Shown one piece after another: positions 12,599-24,386 of a DNA stretch of 64,000 nt. The stretch comes from Azolla caroliniana (lineage: Eukaryota > Plantae > Polypodiophyta). The stretch spans positions 7,130,001 through 7,194,000 of the forward strand of contig JBHGNT010000021.1 of NCBI GenBank assembly GCA_043228905.1. The letters run 5' to 3'. Each line of letters opens with the position of its first letter. Positions within the stretch are counted from its first letter, which is position 1. The position numbers and the translations under genes are program-made. The notes under the pieces were generated by a model. The model was not told the origin of the DNA. It worked only from the letters and a program-made list of their open reading frames with translations, and made no database searches.

Positions 12599-13262
12599 TT
12601 TCTGCAGCAGCTCGCTCTGATACCAAATTGATGGAAAATTAATTGACACTTTCCAAACTTCACCTCTCGGCCACAACCAAGGAAACACACGAATCGTTGT
12701 TGCAGAAAATGGGAAATGCAGAAGTAAATAAGTGGACACGATTTAACGTGGAAAACCCTGTACGGGAAAAACCACGGGAGTACAAGACTCCGAACCAAAA
12801 ACTATGCACAGAGAAGTATACAATGGCGAGCTGCAAAGCGACGACCTTGAGCTCGCTGTCCTCGCCACAGGCGGCGGAAATACACAGAGGCGTCGACCTC
12901 TTCCTCTCTCACGCTCTATCTCTCTCACGGCTGCTCTCTCTTCACTCCTCTTGAGTGGAAAAACAGAAAAAATGAGTAGCAACTTAAACTGTTTGCCCTA
13001 AGTCATATTTATACACATATGACTTTGGGGCTATTTACAACTATAGCCTCAAGGGCCCTTGGCAAACATATTCACAGATATGTCCCCGCATCCGGATCTC
13101 TCTCCGGGTACATTCGTCATCCGGCTCCGAAGCCGGGGTCTTCATCATCCGGTTCCGAAACCGCAACCGGGCTTGTCGGCATTCATCTCCGATATCCGAC
13201 CATCCCATCCGAAGGGACCGTAATCCCAACATACACATACCCGCGAAACTTCACGACATCTT

Positions 13263-13279
13263 TGGTGAACTTGACGTGA
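13263..13279 (+). promoter_or_regulatory. Primer-binding site, tRNA-Trp type (element A)
   Basis: TGGTGAACTTGACGTGA; consensus TGGTGAACCCGACGTGA is complementary to the plant tRNA-Trp 3' end (TCACGTCGGGTTCACCA). Confidence 0.8.
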
Positions 13280-13295
13280 AAGGCGGCAAGGGAGG

Positions 13296-14408
13296 ATCGA
13301 GTTGGAAGAAGAAGACTTCGCGCAACTTTTTGTCGAAGCGGTGAGGGAGTTTGGACGAGCAACGGCAAGACGAGAGTCGGCACAGCAAGCGGTGGAGCGA
13401 GTGGTCGAAAGAGTCGGCCGCTTCAATGGGGACAAGGTCCCATTCTACTTGGAAGCCTAGAACGCGGAAATGGAGGAGCGAGACGTAGACAAGGCGTTGA
13501 GGTTGGAGTTGTTCTGTCAGGTTGTCGTCGTCCGTATGCACACAGAGGTGAAGGAGCTCCGAGAAGCTCATAGTTCGTGGGAGGCCTTCGAAGAGGCACT
13601 CCTGCAGGCATATGGAGGATGGCGGAAGAGCCAGGGACGACGCGACTTCGACCAGTGGGTTGCATCGGCGAAGACCCAAAGGGGTGCAATGAAGGCGTTC
13701 CGAGAGTTCAAGCGGCGGCTTGCTCGGCTCCCGGAGCGGGAACAAGGGTTGGTGGGGGCGGACAAAGTCCTGTTGTTTGTCAGGTCGATCGACCGAGCGG
13801 AACGGGAGGCCATCGGGCTTGAGCTCGAAGATGAGGATGGAGCGAATGGCCTTACGGAGGACTGGTCGAAGGTCGGAAGGGTATGCCAACGGCTAGACGA
13901 CGAGCGAGTTGAGAAGGCTAAGAGGAAGGTGTGCGACGGCGTGCCGCCACAACGGGAAGAGGCGGAACGGCAAAGAGAGTCGGCAAGGGTCGGCATTGGG
14001 GCCAAGATTGCGGAGGCGTACGCAGCTCTCGAGGCAATGCTCGAGGAAGAGGAAAGATCGAAACCACGAGCCGACGCCGAGGAGACGGACTTGCCCCACA
14101 AGATGGTAGAAGATCGGTACCACGGTACCACGGGAGAGGGTGCGGAACAAAACACCCTCTCGACTTGCGGAGAATTGCCGACCGAGGACAAGGTCGGGAG
14201 CAGAGAAGAGCCCTCCACGCGGATTCCGGAGACTCTGGTGGTTGAGCCCGTGTGCCGACATGAGACCGGAGAGAAGGAAGGCGCTGACGAGGAGTCCTGG
14301 CATGATGTCAGTGAAGAGGGATGGGAAACAACTTGCGAGGAGGCCAAGGACGGAGGCGGCACGGAAAGATCAGCATTCCGATTCAAATGGAGCGTGATCC
14401 GGATGTAG
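13296..14408 (+). pseudogene. gag: Gag capsid-like domain plus acidic tail of element A
   Basis: VERVGRFNGDKVPFYL...KVLLFVRSID...LTEDWSKV aligns by eye with Gag of elements F and E (GRFNGKDAT...RVLLFVKSVD...LTADWAAV). Start ATG is mutated; stop near 13458. Confidence 0.75.
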
Positions 14409-15111
14409 ATGACTCGACCGAAACCGGCCCAAGGCGCGAAAGACTAGGGACGGGCTATAGAGCCCGATCGGTAGGGCTCAGTTCGGTACAATAGTGCCGG
14501 CGTGGAAGAGGGTGCGAAACAAATCGCCTTCTTTTACATGAGGACACAAGCCGGCCAAGCGAAGGCCGCAAATCGGGCAGCTCGCGATCGAGGTTGCAGA
14601 GAGAGACCGGCAGGTTTCGGACAACACTGCCCGAAACTCCCGACATTAGAGAATCAAGTGCAGGCGGCACTTGATCGATCGAAGTCCACATGCTTCTCAC
14701 CGAACGTGCTTGGGGAGCGGTACCCCGAACGAGTGTCCGCAAATCATTATGGGACGGAAACACCACGTCTTATCCGGAGACTCGGGCAACCGGCAACGAG
14801 CGCCAGCGTAAGACTTGGAGAGATGGGAGATGGAGGCGGGTACGCGAGAAGGAGGGCGGAGAGTTCGAAAGAAGCACATGTGAGTGAGGATGAAAGCAAC
14901 CAATCCTACGCGATCCCCACACCGATCTAGAAACTCCGGCAGTTCGGCCAACATGGCAACTTGAGACCTAGAGAGAAGGACAGTGGCGGCGGGAAACGGG
15001 AATGGCCAATGCGAACAGACCCGGACGAGAATTGGGCGGAGCGGACTCCAGGATAACCATTCTGGGAGGGAGGAAGAGCAGGCCTACGGAGAGGCCGGGA
15101 ACACAGTACGT

Positions 15112-15763
15112 TGTCGCGAAGATTCGCGCGTGCGTGTGCTACTCGAGCGACCACTCGGGTCTTGGACTGGGGAGGATGTTCGCAGAATTATCGAAGAGAT
15201 GACGATCAATGTAAGATTTAGATGAAATTTGTTTACTTGAGAAGAAGAAAGATTGTACACTTGAGAAATAGAAAAATATGAAGAAGATAAAGACAAATAT
15301 AATTATATTGATGATATGGTGTTGGTGATATCACATATTGAGCCCCCGTTACACAAGCTCAAGTAGAGGCTTTTATAGGTCTTTCCATGCTTGTGACATG
15401 CACAAAACCATGGGCTAAAACCATGGTTTTGTGGTTTTGTGCACACGGTTTTGCTTATGTCATGCACAAACCATGGGTTTAGAACCATGGTTTTGTGCAC
15501 ATGGTTTTCTATGGTTGCTTCATCTATAATTCGTATATGAAAAGGAAATACATAAAACCTAAACTATATGATAGTTGTCCTAGTGGTAAGGCAATCATCT
15601 TGTATCTTAGAGGTGCAAGGTTCAAACCTTGCTTGCACTCCTCTGTATGAACTCAAGTGCCACTAGGCCTTAGGCTTATTTGCTAAGTGTATGTGCAATG
15701 TTGCACATCCTTGGTTTATTCGTCTCACTCGGTTTCACACCGTAGCCGAAAATCGTCATGACA
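15112..15763 (-). mobile_element. Solo LTR of the Gypsy family
   Basis: TGTCGCG...CATGACA termini; TSD acgt at 15108-15111 and 15764-15767; internal aaaccatgg repeats. Confidence 0.85.
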
Positions 15764-17089
15764 ACGTTGGTACCACGGGAGAGGGTGTGGAGCGAGCCAC
15801 CCTCTCGACTTGGGATTCAAGGATACGATGAGCCGAAGGAGGATCCTTCGCACCAGTTCCAGAGACTCCGGCGGTCGGCCCAAGAGCCGACGTGAGACCT
15901 AGAGTGGCGGCAAGGGGACAAAGGCAAAGGACTGTGGATGGGCAGTTTGCGAAGATCCTCACACCGATCCGGCTGTCGGCCCGAGTGTCGGCGTGAGTCC
16001 TACAGGAGAGATCGGTGGCGGCAGGTGAACGTGATCGGACGACGGAAAGCAGAGAAATGGAGTCCAGTCCTAGGGAACCCTCACACCGATCCGGAGACTC
16101 CGGCGGCCAGCTAACGGGAGTCGGCGTGAGATCTAGGGAGAAGGATGGTGGCGGCACGGAACGGGACCTGGCGACACGAGATAGCGGATCGGGAGTCCAT
16201 AAGACGGAGGGCGGACGAAGTGCGAAACCCTTACCGGTTGGTTACGGTTTCGGAAGGAGCCGGTATGGGCAAACACGGGGAGGTGTGTTGGGTCGGAAAG
16301 GCACACCTGGGGAGGAACAAGAGTCTCGCAAGTGGCCATCGCGGGCCGGATCGAAGCGTGACTACGAGACGGTGTTCGGTACGGGCGGTGCTGAACAAAG
16401 GAAGCGGAAGACGGCACAAGGGAGGTGCCGGAAACGAGGTGACGAGTGCATAGTGGACTGCACAGGGTCGGAGTCAGGGGATGACAAGGGAGTCTGAAGG
16501 AGGATCCTCCACACTCACTTCGTAGATCTCGGCAGCTCAGTCAGAGTAGCAAAGACTGACACGGCAAGCCCGGAATGATAAGCTGGTGGGGGCGAGGGGA
16601 CGACGGCAAGCGAAAGACTCAGGACCTGTTGCAGCAGCGCAAGACGGAAAGGGCCAAGCGGGCTACTACGGGGTGTTCCTCGGATGCGGAGGACACCGGT
16701 ATGCAGATGAGCGTCGATGCACGATCTTGCCAGGAAACAACATGGGACGACAATCAGGACAACACGAATGGTCGACGGAGGCCAGGTGGGCCACTACGGG
16801 CGTTCCTCAAGCGGAGGACATCGGGCATACGACAGAGAGCGGAGCGGGCATACGGCCGAACAAGGTCCAGCGAAAGTATGCGTACTACGGAGATCGCGGC
16901 GAAGGACCCATCGATGGGTCGAACAAGCCTACGGGGAGGTAAGCGCGAAGGAAGAACCGAAGCCGACGATTCAAACCGGCAGCGAGCCGGGATGCGGATT
17001 ACAGAAGACCGGTTTCTCACCGGCCGACATCTCTCACCCTTCACCAGATTTGGCATGTACCGGTGGACGTGCGGTTTGGTGGGGGCGGA

Positions 17090-17919
17090 TGTCGTGAAGA
17101 TTTTCGTCCATAGGCGGAAACCGGGGTGGAAAGGGCAAGTCGGTGGTGTGCAACATGTGCACACGATTACTAGGAAATGGTGTATAGAAATAAGAGGGGA
17201 AATTTCATCCCACATTGTAAGGTCCCTCCCTCCTTGGGCTATAAAAGGAAGGGAGAGGTCACTTATGAAGGGTTGCCCATTTTTGAGTCGTAAGGGTATA
17301 CCATTTTGTGCTTCGTTTCTAAGGTTAGTTACATTCTTTCCTTCTTTTTTCCTCTGCTCCTTCTCCTTCTCGAGAACTCGAGTGGCAGCTATGGCGGGAA
17401 AGCTATTAGGTTAACGCTTCTTCTTCTGTGCATAGCCGGCTCGCGACGAGGGTTGGATCTCTCCCTGTTGTAGGTTGCTTCTGCTCGGCCTCCTGTGCAA
17501 GACCCCGCTCGACGTGATGAGCCCGAGAGCTCCCCGACGGCGGCTTGGCGGCAGACTGCCGTTGCGGCCTCACCTACCTCAGTCCGGCTCGGAGTCGGAG
17601 TTGTAAATCACTCTTGTTATCATATATATATACAGGGTTGTGCATATTTGTGTCTCTGTCGGTGTCTGGTGCTTTCCCTTCCCTGTGTTTCCTGTACATA
17701 AGAGGTGTGTGTTGTGTCGGTGTTGCGTGCGTGTTCTCTCCCTCTCTTCCTCTCTCGCGTTGGTAGCCACCTGTACGCGTTCGGAATCGCTCCGGTTCGC
17801 GCCACAACCAATGCAGTCGGGACCGGAGAGAAGTCAGCTTCCTACGCTCCGTCGCTCCCTAGTCCAAGACCCCCGTGGTTCGCCTGGAATTCTACACGTA
17901 CCCGCGAAACTTCGCGACA
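17090..17919 (+). repeat. 3' LTR of element A
   Basis: TGTCGTGAAG...TTCGCGACA; homologous to 1345-2155 plus 13237-13258. Confidence 0.92.
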
Positions 17920-17923
17920 ACGG

Positions 17924-19234
17924 TGCGAGAGAAAAAAAATATACTGATACTAAAGTTGCCTTAGCCCTGGGTATTCAAAGAAGGAACTTGAGGAAACATC
18001 GCTGAAATATACACTGAAGCCAATTCAAATGGCTGGGGTTGGGACGTACACGACAATGCGATGCCTTATCTCAAGAGATTATTGAGAAAGTGGATTCATT
18101 TTGGACAAAAAATACCCGTGTGTCACCAAATAAGAACGATGTGTGTAGACAACGAATAAATTTACCCTAGATAGTTCTTGGAGATGACAGAGGTATTCCA
18201 TTTGTTTATATCAATTCAGATTCCATAAATTTTTGTTTTGACCAAGTGTATATTAATGTTTGCTATATATATTGGTTGATGTAGGTTGAATTGTACATGA
18301 ACTTTAAAGACCAACATCCAAGCTTGACTGTTGGATTCTGCAAGTTCCAAGGTTTGAAACCATATTGAGTTAGAAAATTAAATGAGAAGAATACATGTTG
18401 TTGTGTGTACCACGTGAAGATGGACATGTTAAGGCTTGGAGTGAATGCAATGCGTACTAATTCTGAGGGTATACACGGGGAATTATGTGTCTGCACTTGT
18501 GAGGTTTGTAGACCAAATGGGGAGGATAATAGGTGTAATGCAGGAAACGTGACTTATGCATCCGTTTCTGAGTTATGGAGGTCTTGTGTTTGTGAAAAAG
18601 AACCATCATGTGAGTGGCATCGTCGTACATGTCTTTTAAGAACATGTAAGGTTTGTCCACTACCATTATTTTGTAGGCAGGAGCTTGATTTGGGAAATAG
18701 TCATATTGTGAAATGGAAATATTTAGAGTATGTGACTGAAAATATTGGCAAGGGACTTGTAACTAAGCGTATCAAGGAAGTATATAAGGAGACATGTGCT
18801 GCTACCCTTGTCTCAGAATTTAAGAAACAACTTGGGGAGTTCATTCGACATAACTTCCAGAGTTATTGGCAAAATTCACAGTTCAAGGAATGTATTAATA
18901 ACTTACCAACGGGTGTCGTCATATATGTTATTGACTTTGCAGAAAACTATACATTTAAAGTTCAAAATGAGGTTCAATCAACGCATTGGTACAATGATCA
19001 ATGTACAATACTTGTACATATTTGCTATTGGAGACAAGACGGTGAGTTACATAAGAAATCAATATTTTACATTTTAGATGATAAAAAGCATGATACACTA
19101 TTTGTTCAACATTGTTTTAAGCTTCACCATGCAGATTTATTGTCTCTAGAGTTTAGCTTTAACCGTCATTGGGTTTGGTCTGAAGGTGTTGCCTCGCAGT
19201 TTAAGGCGGCACGATCGTTCTACTTTATCGCCAG
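17924..19234 (+). pseudogene. Sola-like transposase, middle exons (intron about 18193-18284)
   Basis: FWTKNTRVSPNKNDV; LYMNFK..P...F..LKP; TCCCVYH Cys/His cluster; IDFAENY..QSTHW; DDKKHD; WVWS(E)GVASQFK. In-frame stops at about 18003 and 18366. GT-AG sites at 18193/18284; donor at 19235. Confidence 0.75.
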
Positions 19235-19425
19235 GTAATTTTTAATCCATATGTTTAGTACTTATAATGCAATGTCTAAGGAAGTAATTCTTGTGTTAGT
19301 GCATGCATACTAATTATGTTTGTAACTATTCAAATGGATGCATGCATACCAATTATGTTTGTAACTATGTTAAGTGTTCTTGATTGATCACATAGTACCA
19401 TCCTGTCACGTGAATTTGTGTTTTT

Positions 19426-20250
19426 TATCTTTTAATCCATGTGAAGTGTTCTCCATAGACACATTGTATTGTACTGTGTGTTGTATCTGTACTAAATCAG
19501 TATTTATTAAAGGATGTAAAGTACTCGTCTTGTACTCATAGTATTGGATGTTCTTAAGAGTTTGTACTAAGTATCTTTTAGTCCATGTTGAGTGCTCTCC
19601 ATGGACACATTGTATTGTACTGTGTGTTGTATCTGTACTAAATCAGTATTTATTGAAGGATGTAAAGTACTCGTCTTGTACTCATAGTATTGTCCGTCCT
19701 TAAGAGTTTGTACGAATTACCTTTTAATCCATGTTGAGTGTTCTCCATGGACACACTGTATTGTACTGTGAGTTGTATCTGTACTAAATCAGTATTTATT
19801 GAAGGATGTAAAGTACTCGTCTTGTACTCATAATATTGTCTGTCCTTAAGAGTTTGTACTAATTACCTTTTAATCCATGTTGAGTGTTCTCCATGGACAC
19901 ACTGTATTGTACTGTGTGTTGTATTTGTACTAAATCAGTATTTATTGAATGATGTAAAGTACATGTCTTGTACTCATAGTATTGTCCTATATTGAAGAGT
20001 TTGTACTAATTATCTTTTAATCCATGTTGAGTGTTCTCCATGGACACACTGTATTGTACTGTGTGTTGTATCTATACTATATCAGTATTTATTGAAGGAT
20101 GTAAAGTACATGTCTTGTACTCATAGTATTGTCATATATTGAAGAGTTTGTACTAATTATCTTTTAATCCATGTTGTGTTCTCCATGGACACATTGTACT
20201 GTGTTGTGTGTTTTATCTGTACTAAATCAATATTAATGGATGTATAGTAC
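19426..20250. repeat. Intronic tandem repeat, 146-147 bp x about 5.6
   Basis: Unit starts (tatc/tacc-ttttaatccatg) at 19426, 19572, 19718, 19864, 20011 and 20158. Confidence 0.95.
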
Positions 20251-20305
20251 TCTCGATTGACAACATAGTACTAATGTTTGTTGGAAACCTGGGATACAAA
20301 AACAT

Positions 20306-21191
20306 GTACTTCTCCTTATTCAACATTCGTATGCAATGGAACTACTTCGAGTCTGGACATGGAAAAGGAGAGCATGATGGTGCAGGGGTTGTGATCAAAC
20401 ATGCCCTTACAAGTGAGCAATTGGATAATAATGGTGCTAAGTTACAAAATGCACATGATGTTGTGGAGTGGCTAACATGGAAGATGTCAAATGATGGTAA
20501 GAACAGATTGTTTGTTGAGGTTCGCGCTGATGAGGTTGATAGAACTAAATCATATGGTTGTAAAACCGTGAAAGGCACACAAAGCACCCATTGTGTATTA
20601 GGGTTAAGCCGCAAGGACACAACACAATTGTTACTCCATACTTTATCATGCTTTTATTCCATGTGTATAGATGAAGCTTGGGATAAATGCATCAACCTAT
20701 CAATCGTGGAGCCCTGGAAGTTGCAGAAGCTTGAGCCTGAACGACAACATGATATTGAAGAGGATGCACATTCAAACGATATTGTATACTACAACCAACA
20801 TCAAGACTTGGCAGTTTTATTGGAAGTTGGAGATCAGTTTGCGGTGCTCAAATCTCCTCAGAATGAATATTTAGAAGACTACTACATTGTGGTGTTGAAG
20901 CAAGGAAAGACATTATTGAAAGAAGTGGCGAGGGATGGCTGGGGCAACATGCTCAACGTTGGTGAGTTTGTCGTGTATGGAAACTATTATGCAAAGTTGC
21001 CGCAGTGCAAGAACACATATGCATTACTAAAAGATGCACCCATCGCAATAATCTACATTGTTGTCATTCTTGCGATCAAGTTCAATATGACTCAAGCAAA
21101 GCACAAGGTTAAGGGATACAACATTGTCTACAAGGTCCCCCAAGAGGTTCATGAGCACATATTAGGGGAGGTCTCTCTGTTTAATGCTTGA
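20306..21191 (+). pseudogene. Sola-like transposase, last exon
   Basis: WNYFESGHGKGEHDGAG (third catalytic Asp region), VKGTQSTH, SCFYSMC...C. Acceptor apparently mutated (cat|g at 20305/20306). Confidence 0.75.
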
Positions 21192-24100
21192 AAGTTACCC
21201 TATTAATACATTGTAGTTGGCAACTGAAAAACATCCGCTTGTAGTTCACTATTTGATGTATTGATATATTATTTTTCATGATTGACAAATGAATCGATAT
21301 ATTTCGTCTTTCTTCTAATGTGTTTAGAGTATTTATTGAGCTTGTTTTGAAAGTGTTCATGGTAATTATAGAGTTGCTTGTTTCTATGGTTTAGGGTGTG
21401 AAGTCTTCAATACTTAGTAGCATCAATATGGCCCAAACTTATTCAACTATCAATACCAGTAGTCTAATCCCTATTGTGTTAAGTCTCTATTCGACTCTGA
21501 CTATGTGCACTCAAGGAGACCATACTTCGCAAGTATCAATATACACATTAGTTTAGTACTAATGTCAATTGTAAGTATTCACTAATACATAGTAGTCTAC
21601 TGAAGTATCATAGTTAGATGGATACATACATCTTATTTTAGTAATAATATGAATGTCAAATTGTTCCCTACTACATTCATGGTTGCATGACAATTGACAA
21701 TAGAATACATTCTCATTCTCTACAATTAGCAATATAGAATTTCACATTACACTACCACACTAGATGAGTGATCTGATCTTCATAGCATTTCACAGGGGCA
21801 ATTTAGACAGTACGCTGGTAACAATAGAATACATTCTCATTCTCTGCAATTGGCAATATAGAATTTCACATTACGTTAACAACACTAGATGAGTGAACTG
21901 GAGTCAGTACAACATTTCACATTAGCAATTTAGACAGTATTTTGGTATACCAAATAGTTTAAGTTCAGACATCACTAACAGTTCAGCTATAGTTCAAGTA
22001 CAATCGAAAGACAATCATGCACCATTTCACAATTTCGCCGATCTTGTAATGCGCTTGTTATTGGTGCCAGTTTTTTGTGATTTTACATTCTTCTTTATCT
22101 TAAAGCCTTTAGGTATCAGCTTACTAAGTGGCACTTCATCATCAGAGGCATCAGAGGCATCAGAGACAGGTGTGGATGTATGCGCACCTTGTACCAGTGG
22201 CAAGCTTGAGAGAGAAACTGTGTTTTCTGCAACTGCAATGCTTGTACACACATCCACAACGGTACTGTTGATAGTCAAATTATCACTCATCTCCTATATG
22301 TGGGCTGTTTTAGTACTCATGTTGTTGACGAACCCCTCTTGGCTGGTGATAGTCACCTCATTCTTAAGACCACTGTGCTCTCCTTCTTGGGTGGACTTTA
22401 TTGCCCTATCATCATCGGTGATGCTAGTATACTCATTCTTAGTACAATTAGACTCCTGTATGTGGGTTGTGGCAGTACTCATGGTCAACTCCTCTTGTAC
22501 GGTGATTGTCACCTCATTCTTAAGACAACCGTGCTCCCCTTCTTGGGTAGTCTTTATTGCCTGGTCCTCATGGGTGATGTTAGTATGCTCGTTCTCAGTA
22601 CAATCAGGCTCCTCTTCATTACTAGCTGTATTCTTTCCACACTCCTCATGGGCTTCTATAAACACTACTAGCACATTCTCAGTACAATCAGGCTCCTCTT
22701 CAGTACTAGCGATATTCTTTCCAAACTCCTCATGGGATTCTTTAGACACTACTAGCACATTCTCTTTACAATCAGGCTCCTCTTTAGTACTAGCGATATT
22801 CCCAGAGTCTGCCTCCGTGCAAAGGTTAATCCCAGAATCTGACTCTGCACTTGTGCTCCATATAGTTCCCAATTCATTTGATTGTAGTTGGGAATCAGAC
22901 TGCTCTTTGTAAACCTAAATAATGGGATTCCAGAGAATATTAGTATCAACTCACATACTCAAAATTTCGCAAACATACCAACAACAATGAACATAGGGTT
23001 AATAGCCACATTTTTACCTATTGTTACATCGTCATACTGTACAGCCGTAGACAACCCATTGCAAGTGGTAGGGGCGGTCATCTTCTCCACAACATCTAAG
23101 TGTTCAACATGTTGGAGCTCATTGTCAATAGAAGATTTCATAATAGTATCTATAGAATGCACCAAAAGCACCACTATAATAGGGTTGTTATGATCTAAAT
23201 CATTGTTTTCTTAGAGGGCTTTTGATGTGTACCTGGGAGTGTGATAAATTCTTCTTCATGATCAGGTTTTGGACTCATATCTCCCTCACTAAAGATCATT
23301 TCATCATCAGCTAGTAACACAAGTACATGGTATTAAACAATGCATTAGATTGACAACTCTCCGAACAGGTGAGAACATATATGACTCACCATTGCATTCA
23401 ACTCTGCCTTTCTTGCCCTTTCCATACAACTTTCTTGCAACATTCCTCTTCTTAGTGGGCTCTTTTTTAAAGACATTAGGCATTCAACATACACACAAAT
23501 GAGAATTAAGATATGCTAAATCAATTTGTGTTACCTAGATTGTTTTGATGTTGACCGGAGTTCGGGGAATTTGTTTGTAGAAGCATATGTTCCACTATTC
23601 CAATGGCCCTTCTCATACATTCATCTTCATCATAAAACTCATAGGTTACTGGTAATGATGGTCCCTGAACCTTGGAATGTACAGCAGATACCGAGGATTT
23701 AGGCACAGGGGTTGGTTGTTCCATTACCTTCCCTGGCGTGGAGTTGCTTGACACTACAACATTCATTGCAAGAAACAAAAAAACCTTCAACATTAGTACC
23801 GTGATATAAAAAATAACGTTGTCGTGAAGATTTTCGTCCATAGGCGGAAACCGGGGTGGAAGGGGCAAGTCGGTGGTGTGCAACATGTGCACATGTATAC
23901 TAGGATATGGTGTATAGAAAGAGAGGGGAAATTTTTGTCCCACATTGTAAGGTCCCTCCCTCCTTGGGCTATAAAAGGAAGGGAGGGGTCACTTATGAAG
24001 GGGTTGCCTATTTTGCGTATGAGAGGTATACCACTTAGCCTAGATTTCTTACCGTTTTAGGGTTAGGGTTTCGTTTAGGGTTTCCTTATTCATCTTCGGT

Positions 24101-24386
24101 TAGGGTTTTCTCATAGTCGTTTGGTGCGGCCCATGTGGCCACCATTGTTGTAACCATTCGTTGTTTTAATATAACTTGTTGAACATCTTGCCTCCGCTGA
24201 TCTCTCCGTCTATGTCGTGGTCTTATTCCTTCCTCTTCTCCTCTTGACCTAAGCCTCCATATCATGTCCTATTCTTTCTCCTCCACTCCCTAGTCCGAGA
24301 CCCCGGTGGTCCCGGCCCCTTCTACACGTACGCGCGTAACAACGCGACATCTTTGGTGAACCCGACGTGAAGGGCGGCAAGGGAGC

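Larger units (their letters stand above)
2156..13231 (-). mobile_element. Ty1/Copia LTR retrotransposon B (Tnt1/Tork-like), inserted in the 5' LTR of A
   Basis: Near-identical LTRs 2156-2760 and 12629-13231. 5-bp TSD tacac at 2151-2155 and 13232-13236. Met-i PBS (TGGTATCAGAGC) at 12614-12625 minus; PPT at 2761-2772. Domain order gag-PR-INT-RT-RH. Confidence 0.97.
1345..17919 (+). mobile_element. Non-autonomous Gypsy-family LTR element A (Gag-only), containing nested Copia B and B2 and a solo LTR
   Basis: 5' LTR 1345-2155 plus 13237-13258; 3' LTR 17090-17919 (TG...CA). 4-bp TSD acgg at 1341-1344 and 17920-17923. PBS 13263-13279; PPT-like tract gtgggggcgga before 17090. No PR, RT or INT motifs. 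Confidence 0.9.

Noticed and set aside
24055-24110. Interstitial telomere (TTTAGGG-like runs here, in other LTRs and at about 300-395)
   Set aside because: Only scattered degenerate units, consistent with telo-box-like motifs rather than a telomeric array.
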